DNA from: Sarea resinae
Lineage: Eukaryota
Assembly: GCA_026026165.1 (NCBI GenBank)
Contig: JAPEUD010000060.1
Coordinates: 62,001 to 126,000, forward strand
Length of the DNA stretch: 64,000 bases
Direction of reading: 5' to 3'
Shown: in pieces, positions 52,547-64,000 of the stretch
How positions within the stretch are numbered: position 1 is the first letter of the stretch
How the letters are laid out: every line of letters begins with the position of its first letter
Notes under the pieces: model-generated
What the model was told of the DNA's origin: nothing
Database searches by the model: none
What the model saw: only the letters and a program-made list of their open reading frames with translations
Position numbers and translations under genes: made by a program

Positions 52547-54028
52547 GGCCAGGTTTAATCCTCTACGGGCAAGATACGATGGCATATGTGATAGGAATCA
52601 ATCACCATTTAGCATTTGTGACGAGAGGCAGAGAGGCGAAAGCGTGAGAGGCAAGGCATTAGCAGCAAGGTGCAAGGCGCAAGAGGCACAGAGAGCGGAG
52701 AGATCACAGCCTCTACGTGTCTGGCGGATAAGAAAGAACGAACAGAGCAAGAAGAAACAACAGAAGCACTAAAAGCGGTGCTAATAATGCCTCCATCACA
52801 CAGCAGATGCCTTCGCATGTCCGGCTTCTGGAGATCAGGGCCGTGTGGTTGGATCTGTGACACCAGAGACAGCCCTTTTGGGATCCGATGTAGCTGGTCT
52901 GTAGGACGAAAGGAATTGGTCTGGGATAGGTCACAGCAATAGAAGGGGCCCAGGGGACTGTCTGCCTCCTCCGAGTACTTTACCGTGGGCCTTTTCTCTC
53001 GCTCTCGGCACACACATGGCGCAGTACACACGCACAATAGCCAACGAGGGGCGCTAACTGCAGTCGTCGTAGCCCGGGCCCAGTGCCGAAAAGTGCGGTA
53101 ACCATCCTACGCCGAAGAAACAATTTTCAACGGTTGTCACTTGCGAGTGTCTTTAGGGCCATTCGGATACGGTGATGCTACCTCGACGATACTCTCTTGG
53201 GCACTTTGCCCTTGGTGAGACTTTCAGGGCTCCCCAATCTGTACTCATAGTACAGTCACCAGGGACTTGGCCAGGGATCCGCTGCCGTCGCACACTTGTG
53301 GAATTGAAGCACATGGAAAAGTCACAAGAAATAAAGATTGACAGTACTAGTAATCGATATATTTCTGTTGCGGAGTACGAGGTAAGGTACTGCTGCTATT
53401 ACTCAATACTACCTTTCCCGGCCTATAATCTACGTGCCTCACCAGAGTATCAGACACGGGTCATTGAAATCAATCAAAATGATCAAATTCATGAAACAAG
53501 ATCGAGTATCGGGAGCAGAAACGCACTAGAATTTAAAACCACGACGATGAAGCCTTCACGACAGTCTTGTCCTTTTTCTTGAATTTTATTACTAGATTAG
53601 GAAGAGGTAGAGAATGGAAGGTTAGTAAGGTAAGCATTACTAGGTAGCTAGGTAGGTACGAAAGTATATCCTGCAAGGGCTGCTGCACTTCCATTTGCTG
53701 CACAGTAGTAGTGCACACACGCTGCTCTCCGACTCTTCGACTGTCTGCTCTACTCTCTAAATCTCCGGCTCGTCACCTTTCTCAACTTCTTCTTTCAGTT
53801 CTTCTCTCGTGCTTCCCCCGACCGCCCCACCATCCATCTCTGTCGTCGTCTGCCCGATCGAGCACCCCCAAGGACACACTCGCCTCTCACATTTGCTGGC
53901 ATCCAGCTTGACCGCTTGCGCTTAGACGACTTCTCCGAGGAGGGGCTGAGAACCCTACCGGCTACTTTTTTTTGTGACCACCACCAAGATCAACAGTGAT
54001 CGCGCACTGCGCTGGGGTGGAATCCGCC

Positions 54029-57000
54029 ATGGACGTAGCAGGGCTTCGTGACCGCATTCAGGCCACTCTGAGTGCCAACGCCGACATCAGGCGTCAGGCC
54101 GAACTTGATCTGAAATTTGTATGCCGTCCCCGGTGCTGCTGCATCTGAACTGGCGGGGCATGCTGAGCTGACCTTGGTACCTCGTAGGCCGAGGACAAAC
54201 CCGGCTTCTTAGACGGCCTGCTCAACGTGCTCGAGGCCGAGCAGGATAACGGAGTTCGACTGTCAGGTGAGCGCCTCGGGCTCTCATTGTCGAAGATGGG
54301 ACCGCTAATGATATCTCTGCAGCGGTCGTGTATCTGAAAAATCGCGTAACCAGGGGCTGGTCGCAAGAGGAGTATCCTCAAAATAAGCCCATCCCCAACG
54401 ACGAGAAAGCCGCTTTCCGCAATCGTCTTCTCCCGGTCTTGGCCTCGGCCCAGCCGCAGATCCGAACTCAATTTATTCCTATCCTCCAGAAGATCCTCAG
54501 CTTTGATTTTCCTCAACAATGGCCGGACTTTATCGACATCACGCTTCAGTTGCTCAATGCCAACGATGCCAACTCGGTGTTCGCGGGCCTACAATGCTTG
54601 CTGGCAATATGTCGTGTTTATCGATTCAAGTCTGGCGACTCTCGAGCCGAATTCGACAAGATAATTGAGGTCTCATTCCCGCAGCTCTTCACCATCGGGT
54701 CCAAATTGGCTGGGGAAACTAGTCCTGAGGCGGGGGAGATGCTGAGGGTGGTTATGAAAGCATATAAGCATGCCATTTATGTGAGGATTCTCGTGCTCTG
54801 TTGATACAAAAGATCGTTCTGACCTTCTCTTCAGTTCGAGCTTTCTCCCCATCTAAGAGAACAGCAAGTAATGATCAACTGGTGTACACTCTTCCTTAAT
54901 GTCGTTGGCAAGGAGCCTCCACCGAACGCCATGTCAGAGGATCTGGATGAGCGAGAACAGAATCACTGGTGGAAATCAAAGAAATGGGCGTACGCGAACT
55001 TGAACAGACTTTTTGTCAGGTAAGCTAGAGAAGGCATTGAATTGCTCTCTGATACTCCGTGCTGATGTGCAACATCTACAGATACGGAAATCCGAGCACT
55101 CTCCAAAAGGATAACGGCGAAGACTACACAGAATTTGCCAAGACTTTTATTACCAGCTTTGCGCCAGAGATCCTAACAGGGTACCTACAGCAAGTTGAGA
55201 AATGGGTAGCCAAGACAACTTGGCTTAGCAAGCCATGCTTGTCATACACCTTGGCGTATCTCGACGAGTGTGTAAAGCCTAAATCCATGTGGACTCATCT
55301 CAAGCCCCACATCGAGAACTTGGTCGCCCACTTGGTCTTCCCAGTACTCTGCCAGTCAGATGAAGATATCGAGCTCTTCGAGTCAGACCCACCCGAGTAC
55401 CTGCATCGGAAGCTCAACTACTATGAGGAGGTGTCCGCCCCGGATGTGGCTGCGACCAATTTCTTGGTCACCCTCACCAAGGCGCGAAGGAAGCAAACAT
55501 TCACTATCCTCAACTTCGTGAATGGTATTGTCAATCAGTATGAATCCGCCCCTGACGACCAGAAAAACCCAAGGGAGAAAGAAGGGGCTCTGCGCATGAT
55601 CGGCACTCTGGCCGGCGTCATTCTTGGCAAGAAGAGTCCTATCGCGGATCAAGTCGAGTACTTTTTCGTCCGACACGTGTTTCCGGAATTCCGAAGCCCT
55701 CATGGTTTTCTTCGAGCTCGTGCTTGCGATACCTTGGAGAAATTTGAACAGCTCGACTTCAAAGACCCGAACAATCTCATCATCATCTATCGTAACATTC
55801 TAGAATCGATGGCAGATCCTGAATTGCCCGTTCGCGTCGAAGCCGCTCTTGCTCTTCAGCCACTCATTCGGCACGATACTATTCGGACTGCTATGCAGCA
55901 GAATATCCCTCAGATCATGCAGCAACTCCTCAAACTTGCCAATGAAGTTGATGTCGATTCCCTGTCCAATGTGATGGAAGATTTTGTGGAAGTTTTCGCT
56001 GCAGAGTTGACGCCTTTTGCGGTTGCCCTGAGCGAGCAACTGCGCGATACCTACTTGAGAATCGTACGAGAGCTTATTGACCGGAACACGCAGAAAGAGG
56101 ATGATGATGGTTATGGGGAATTCCTCGACGACAAGAGCATTACTGCGCTTGGCGTACTGCAAACCATTGGGACACTCATCCTCACTCTGGAGAGCTCTCC
56201 TGACGTGCTACTCCATCTTGAAACTATATTGATGCCGGTGATTAAGGTCACGCTTGAGAACAAGCTTTATGGTAAGGAACCGAAAAGCTGTAGAGAAGTC
56301 GATCTTGCTAACGAGAGCCAGACCTGTACAATGAGGTCTTTGAGATAATTGACAGCTGTACATTCGCTTCAAAATCGATATCTCCCGCCATGTGGCAAGC
56401 TTTTGAGCTCATTCACGCCACCTTCAAGTCCGGCGCAGAATTGTATCTGGAGGGTGAGTAGTCGAACACAGATCTTTCCTTAGCCATGCTCTGGAACTAA
56501 CGCTTTCAAAGATATGCTTCCGGCTTTGGAGAATTTTGTTTCTTTTGGCGCTCCAATGATGGTCCAGAATCCGGCTTATCTGGAAGCGATCGTTGGCATG
56601 GTCCAAGATATCTTCCATGATGACAAGGTTGGCGGTGTGGATCGCATCTGCGGCTGCAAGCTCGCCGAGGCTGTTATGTTGAACCTTCGTGGACACGCCG
56701 ACCAATACGTTCCAAACTTCATCAGCCTTGCCATGACCGTCTTAACAAATAATGAAGTCAAGGTCAAGTCGTACAAGGTGCACCTCATGGAGATGGTCAT
56801 CAATGGCATCTATTACAATCCGGCATTGGCTTTGCATACCTTGGAAGCCAATGGATGGACCAATAAGTTCTTCAGCTTGTGGTTCTCTAATATCGAAAGC
56901 TTTGTCAGAGTTCACGACAAGAAGCTCTCCATTGCTGCTATAACTTCTCTACTCACACTTAGAGCTGAAGATGTCCCTCCGAGTGTGCAACAAGGTTGGC

Positions 57001-57643
57001 CTCGGCTCCTCCAAGGAATTGTGAGGCTTTTCCAGACATTGCCAGCTGCATTAAAGAGTAAGTGCTATATATTAGTTGGATTGCACTTTATGAAGATGCT
57101 AACGTCTCACAGATAGGGAGGAAGTCACAAAAGAGGGCGACTTCAACCTTGGAGATGACTATGATGAGGGAGATGAGGATGACTGGGAAGGAGATGTCGA
57201 TTGGACCAACGAGGGTGACGAGATCGAAGATGTCAAAGACGAGAGCGCTGCATATCTGGAGTTCTTGAACGAAGAGGTCAGTAATCTAGCTATGCTGATT
57301 AGCATCCCTCTAACTCATTCCAATAAAGGCTCAGAAATTCGGTGCTGTAAGCGATGACGATGACGACGAGCTTGAGGAGGAAAGCCTCCTCGAGACACCA
57401 TTGGATAAGCTTGAGCCTTACGGAATGTTCAGGGACGCTCTTCTAAGTATGCTGGATCCCTGACTTAGACGGGATCATAGACTAATTGCCATATGTGCAG
57501 AACTGCAGCAGGAACAGCCCCAGCTATATGACAACGTTACAAAGAATCTAAATGCAGAGGAGCAGCAGATAGTCCAAAGCGTTGTAATTCAGGCCGACGA
57601 GATGGCCCGTCTGGCCGCCCAGTCGAATGGTGCAGTTCAATAA
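54029..57643 (+). CDS. NMD5: Importin-7/8 family karyopherin Nmd5
   Basis: IBN_N (IRRQAELDL, VYLKNRV), WWKSKKWAYANLNRLF, FLRARAC, acidic C-terminal tract; multiple introns. Confidence 0.92.
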
Positions 57644-59319
57644 TCAACGCACGCGCTGCCCACATTGGCCCTTTTTCTGCAGGAAGCCCATCGCCAATAC
57701 ATTGATTTTGGAGTCGTCCACCATCATGACTCTTGGTAGATCAACCTGCACAATGAGCCAGCGAGCAGCACTGTTCGGGATGCAAAGCATTCTGTTTTCT
57801 ACAGGTATCGCTAATTCAGCTGCCTTCTCGGTCGTTCTCTTAAGATCGATCCTTTCCTTTCTCCCAAAGAGCGTGCATTGATCTTTGATCTATACGGCGT
57901 TATGACTATGAGATGCAGCGGACGGTACGAGATGAAGAGCAGGGATATCGCCACTCCTGAGCCGGATGGGATGAGAAGGGGAAGGAGGCGAAGAGAGCAT
58001 GAGCGGTGGAGTGGGCAAAAGAGCGCCCAGAAGATTGATACCCGCACGACTCTCATGTTGTCTATTTATATTTCTCTGTAGCTAGATGTGTAATGTGCAC
58101 GACCTTAAATAGACCAATTGCCAGACCAAGTGGCGCCCTTTTAGACAACCATCACTGTTTTACTACGGAGTATGTGCCTTTGAGAGCAGTCTCTACCAAT
58201 TGGCGATATCTTATCATTGATGCAAGATGGCGATCATCATCGACTCATAGTAGCATCTGCAAGCCTGGGACCCGGTGGACACCACTTCACCCCTACATAC
58301 TCCGTACTCATTCCGAATCGTGTGCCTTTCATCGGCAAGGGTGGATGACGCAGATGGTTCGGGGGCAGAACTCGAGTGAAGTCACCAGAGCTGTGATGCC
58401 TTGTCACGTTGTTCCAGTAAGGTTCACATTCCCCGTCTCCGCATTTCGAATTCCCGAGTCCTCAGCATTCCTCCTCCCAGCTCGTGGCAGCCGAGTACAC
58501 CGCAGTGAGCCAGACGAGGTTCGGGGTGCAGTGGTTCATGCACCAAACCTTCCACATAGTAGTCATGGCTGTATGGGAAAGCCTACCTACCTTAGGCTGC
58601 CAGCATGTCGATGAGCAGGCTGGAAGGAATCATCGTCCGTCTTGCAACTACCACAACAATACTCCGTACTCTACGGCCTTACGTACACGGTAGATTCGTA
58701 CACTGACTTTGGAGATATCTGCTCCACTCCAAACGACCGGGCGGATACCTTGGCTCCGATCTCTTTCCAGTCAAGGGATAAGTACTCCGATGTAGACTCG
58801 GCAAGCTCGCCGTCGCAGCCCGTCAGCCGTCGCAACTAGTCCCCGCGGTAGCGCTGTCTTCAGGGATCCGGTTCCCTTAGACTCCGTAGAGCTTAGAGGA
58901 GGTGAGAACGGACGGCCAGTACGAACGACCGTGTAGAGTCGAAATGAAGATCAAATCAAACCCACCTGGGCAATCGACTCCATCCATCAACGAAACAGGT
59001 CCGTCGGACTGAATCACTATCCGTACAGACTAGAGTACCTGCACTTTTCGCCTTCTCATCTTTTTCATCTTTCTCATCTCTTTTCGTCCATCCTACGACA
59101 TCCTCATCGTCATCCGTCATTCAGCATGCGGAGACGTTGGCCAGCTGCATGATCACCTGGAGGTCTGTCTTCACCATTACCACCACCACCACCGTTTGGT
59201 GTTCACTGCAGCAATCATATTATTGACGGCCACCTCCACTGCCACTCCCACTTCCTCGTCCCTTCTCCATCCATACCATCGAGGTCCTCCATCCTCGTTC
59301 CTTCCTCCAACTTCGCGTC

Positions 59320-62300
59320 ATGTCCGATCAGGGCGATCTCAGCGGTTCGTGGCATCAGGCCGCCTCGTCTGGGAACCCCTCTCCCACAGACGCACGAACA
59401 CCCGCAATCCACTCTCAGTCCACGAACACGACTGAAACCACTGAAGGCGATATGTCCTCAACCGGAGCGCGACGTACGGGTGGCTCTTACGGTAATTATA
59501 CTCGACGCCTGTGCGGGTACTGGAATGTTTACTAACGCGATCTGGCGTGTTCTCGAAAGGCTCCTTCGCTTCGAGTGCGCTCCCTCGGACGGATCAACAG
59601 GAGTCCTCGTCCCAAGATGATCGCAGTCCTGGACAAGACCGAAGGGTCCCTAAACTCCACAGCGGCGAACCCTCCCTGCGCCAACGCGTCCTCTCCTCAG
59701 ACCCCGGTTCCATCAAGCAGCGAAAGCCGGGTATGGCGAGAAGGGCGTCTTCGAACGTGCAGTCTCCATACAGGGGTCAGGAGTTTTCCGTTGATGATGC
59801 GCTTAATGAGGTCGAGGCCATGGTGCAACGACAAGACCCGGGGGCCGAATCTGCCTCTGGGTTCAATTCACTGAGGCGGCAGCCGTCGACTTTGAGAAGA
59901 CGGCCGACCGCGCAACCCAGCCTTCCTCGTGTTGAATCCAGTGAAGTGGGAGAAACCGAGCAGACCCATGCGGGCGCACCGACAGATCCCGAGGTCCCCC
60001 AGGGATCTTCTGGGGAGGACGGCACGACTCCAATAGAGCAGGATGTCGATGCTGACGATGATGATGCCGATCTGAGCGACGCTGAGAGCTTCACCTTGAA
60101 GGATCGTCAACAAGCCATAAATGAAACTCATCCTTTCGGTATCCGAATATGGAAACCTGCTTTGTATAAGAAGAATCGATCTGTCCAGCAAACGGCAGAG
60201 GGTGATATCCATTCTTCGCCGGGAGGAAGGGTCAGTAATTGGCTCTGGGTGTTCAATGTTGTGTGGACGGTTTTGTTTGGATGGTGGTTAGCCTTGGCGT
60301 CTTTGTTTGGGGCCGTGGCCTGCTTTGTAGTCGGTTTCGCACCTGGCTGCGCAGATTACGGGCGGGTGTTTCTGGGCTTGGCTGGGTATCTCTTCTTTCC
60401 GTTCGGCCAATTCGTGAAACTTCGGCAAGACGAGGCCTACGCCGAGGAGGATGAGGGCGAAGGAAGGAGTATAAGCGAATATGAACAGTGGCAGAACGGC
60501 GATCTCGAAGGCGGCCGTCTCTTTTTCGGGCCCATTGGAAGCGGGTCGCTGATCGGCCGGCGCAGGAACAGTGTTGAGTCCGCCAGTGAGACGGATAGTC
60601 TTTTAGGGAGGACACGAAGATCTGGCGACCAGGATCGTCCAGGGTCTAAGAGCAAGAGAAGACTCTTCGGGAGAGGCCAATGGACGACCGGAAGAGTCAT
60701 CTTCTTCTTCTTTTTCTATGGACTCCTCACCCCTCTGATGTTGCTTGTGTCTGGTATCTGCTGGCTCATGGTGTTTTGGATTCCTATGGGTAGAGTTATA
60801 TTGCTCCTCCTCTCTCACCTTCGTCGACATCCTCTCGCGCTGTCTTTCCATTCCGACAGTGCCTATTCTCGGGAACCCGACGGGCCCTCGTCCTCGATCC
60901 TCCTCTGCTCATACCGCGCCGTTGGGCTCAAATATTGGAAATATACGGTCGATGGAACCAACATTTTTCTCATCAACCTCCTGGCCGTGGTTCTGTTCGC
61001 CATTTTTGACTATTGGGTGTTGGATGTCGCGCTTGGCCTAAGCCTTGGAGTTACGCATCCGGCATTCATCTTCACGATTTCACTCTTGTCAATCATCCCT
61101 CTGGCATATTTCATTGGCCAGGCTGTCGCATCAATAAGCGCTCAGTCATCCATGGGCCTGGGTGCTGCAATCAATGCTTTCTTCTCTACTGTCGTGGAGG
61201 TGTTCCTTTACTGCGTGGCCTTGAAACAAGGCAAAGGCCAATTGGTGGAAGGTAGTATTATCGGTAGTATATTTGCTGGAATACTGCTCCTCCCAGGACT
61301 GTCTATGTGCTTTGGTGCCATCAAACGGAAGACACAGAGGTTCAATGTGCGGTCTGCTGGCGTCACTTCGACCATGCTCCTGTTCGCTGTTATCGCCGCA
61401 TTCTGTCCGACGTTATTCTATCAGATATACGGCACGGTAAGTCTTACGTTCATTCCACTTCAATCGCGAGCTATTGTAGTCTGACCCGAGGATTAGCATC
61501 AACTCAACTGCCACGCTTGTAACGAGGAAGATATGGAGTCGCCAAATCAAGAGTGCCGTCGCTGTTTCTTCACGCAAATACCTGCCGTTAACGACCGATT
61601 CTTTACTGAAGCAGTGCGCCCATATTGCTGGTTCGCTGCTGTCCTACTTTTCTTATCCTACGTCATCGGCCTTCTATTTACGCTTCGGACCCACGCGGCT
61701 GTCATCTGGAATACTGAGATTGATGAGAAGAAACTAGAGAATAGCATGTCGACCGCGTTTGGATCAGTTCATCCTGAGCATAGACACTCGGGCGCCAGCG
61801 ACGCACATGGAACACTTACGAGGCAGTACACCAGCAGTGGAGGCACTGTAAGTCGATCGGCTATCAGAGAATCGCAGCTGTATAAGCGTATCCTTGGGCA
61901 GTCTTTGAAACAAGTTGGACTCGGTCCTGAGAACATGGAAGCCTCGCGCGTGAGCTCCGTAGCCAGTGGGCCCCAAACAAAAGCAGGACAGCCGCCGCAT
62001 CTTGTTCCTCCAAAGCCAAGTGGTGCAGATGCCGTTGCACCGGATAATGCAAGCTCAAAGAGCATCCAAATCCATGGACTCTCTGAGGAGGAGAATACGC
62101 GTCTCGTTCGTCAGGTTGCAGAGATGGCTGCGACAGCCGCCACTGTAGCCGCTCGCGATGCAACAAGGGCTCCGCGCAAGACCTCAGCCATCGCCCATGC
62201 TCCCGCTCGGACGGGTGACAAGCCTCAGATGCAGCGTTCAGTCACCGGCACTGCCACCATCCATGACAATGACGATGCCGTCGCTGCTGAGGCCTTGACG

Positions 62301-63082
62301 AGTGGTGGTACCCATGATGCGCCGAACTGGAGTAGAGCTAAGAGTACAGTGATCTTGCTTGGTGCTACATTTCTCTACGCAATCATTGCAGAGATTCTGG
62401 TCAATACTGTAGATGTGGTGCTGGAGAGCGTCGATATCGATGAAAAGTTCCTTGGTATCACTTTATTTGCGCTTGTCCCTAACACTACGGAATTCCTGGT
62501 AAGATGACTTCACCTCCTTCGATCGTAGAGCCACAGAAACTGATTTCAAAACGCAGAACGCCATATCATTTGCAATGAATGGTAATATTGCTCTATCTAT
62601 GGAGATTGGATCCGCATATGCGTTGCAAGTCTGTCTCCTGCAGATTCCGGCCCTGGTCCTATTCAGTGCCGTCAGCGGACGGTATATAGACCCCGCCGAT
62701 CTCGTCAATCATACCTTCAGGTAAGCCATTTCCGCTGTTCCCGCTGTTCCAACATCAAAAAATGTCACAACTGACTTGTGCTAGTCTCATCTTTCCTCAA
62801 TGGGACATGGTGACTGTGATCCTTTGTGTTTTTCTCCTCAGCTATATGTACGGCGAAGGGAAAAGCAACTACTTCAAAGGCAGCATCATGATCATGAGCT
62901 ATCTGGTTGTGATGGTCGGCTTCTACTTCTCGGGCCTGACGGATGTCGATCTCATGGGTACATCTCGCTTTGATACTCCTCAGCCTTCTATCCCTCCAAT
63001 TTCCGGGCCTGTATCCACTTCCGTGTCCGTTCCTCGCTCTTTCAGGACCATAGGGAGAGGAAAGGTTGGAAGAGCGTATTAA
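59320..63082 (+). CDS. VNX1: Vacuolar/ER cation/H+ exchanger Vnx1 (CAX family with YccF domain)
   Basis: QQAINETHPFGIRIWKPALYKK, YccF motif NVVW..LFGWW, GAAINAFFSTVVE, GSIFAGILLLPG, LVPNTTEF|LNAISFA, GKSNYFKG. Confidence 0.93.
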
Positions 63083-64000
63083 GTTTTCATTATGCACCGT
63101 TTTGGGTCTGCGCTTCGTGGCGTTGGGCGGTATGCTTATTCTTTTTATTCTCATGGTTATGGCGCTCTAGGTCTTTTGGTTTTTTTTTTTTTTTGAGCGT
63201 GCATCCCATCTCAAGCAATTCAGCCTCTTGGTCCTGTCTTCTTGTTTTTCACATGTTGCTCCATCAGTTGCTGTGAGTCTGCCCTTAGAGTTCTTATACT
63301 CTGTGTGCTTCATTCCCACTTCTTCTCTGCTTCCGCTAGACTACATTTTACAGATAGTATCATAATCATGAGGAGCCGCGTCTCCGAGCTTTACTTTTGC
63401 ACATCCAATCCACCGTTTGAACAGATTCAGGATGAGAAGTCTAGAGCGAAGCGGTGGATGACATGGTGATCGATACGGTCTGATGATCTCAGCACTCGTC
63501 CCTATCGGACAGAGTGGCATATGTACCCGTACATTCAAGTGATGACCCCTTAGAAACGCCATACCCATCCGCTTCGCCGCCGCTACCCATTGAGAATAGA
63601 ATTAACGGCAAGTGCAAGCCAATCCAGCTTTGAATGAGTAGCAAAGTGATATTTGTACATAATACGCATGAGAGCGGAAGATGAAAGCCGGTTGTTTGGG
63701 GAATTTCCCTAACACTCCACGATGACTTCAAGAGTTTGGAGCCTGGTAAGAGCTCATGATCATTTCAGATCGTGGTCCCGTCAATATTGGACCGAGTGGA
63801 CGATGGCAGCACGACGGGCCGGATGGGCATATTCCTTCAGATGTAGAGAAGCGGAGATAGAGAGTCGCTTGCGGAGTCGATGGGGGAATCGGATTCGTTC
63901 GTCGTGTTTCGGCGGAGAACAAAATAGAGGAGTTCGGGAAAGGTGGGAGGGTTATGTAAATTATAGGACGCCGTCATGCTCCCCTGGCAATCTCTCCACG

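Noticed and set aside
4990..63082. Stop-codon readthrough or cryptic PTS1 extensions on metabolic genes
   Set aside because: Checked ERG6, ETR1, PFK, ISN1 and DID2 stops: no TGA-CTA context and no SKL-like extension.
1..64000. tRNA, rRNA, snRNA, telomerase RNA or TPP riboswitch
   Set aside because: No cloverleaf with A/B boxes or diagnostic conserved motifs seen by eye; a covariance-model scan is needed to exclude them fully.

Overview
Intron-rich eukaryotic DNA from a filamentous ascomycete (Pezizomycotina-like: short GT-AG introns, CTRAC/CTAAY branch points, RIP signature). Bases 1-2364 are an AT/TpA-rich, RIP-degraded transposon relic with LTR-like direct and inverted fragments. It abuts a pseudogenised trypsin-like serine protease (~2400-3369). 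The rest is a dense block of about 21 mostly housekeeping genes: DID2, ZUO1, MZM1, SLT11, ERG6, PDB1, a micro-exon C2H2 zinc-finger gene, MCP1-like, GatA/HER2, a secreted/vacuolar 5'-nucleotidase, a conserved disordered protein, ETR1, PFK, MED17, ISN1, MEC1/ATR, complex I 21-kDa subunit, CSM3, SKI2, NMD5 and VNX1. I found no tRNA, rRNA or CRISPR and no convincing novel multi-gene system. The most notable oddities are a 12-bp duplication inside the GatA catalytic signature, three GC-AG introns plus GAG/AAG acceptors, two micro-exon-rich genes, recurrent intergenic TACGGAGTA and AGGTA/TACCT motif families, and MCB-boxed MEC1 and CSM3 close together. Gene models were spliced by eye; names come from recalled family motifs, not database searches.
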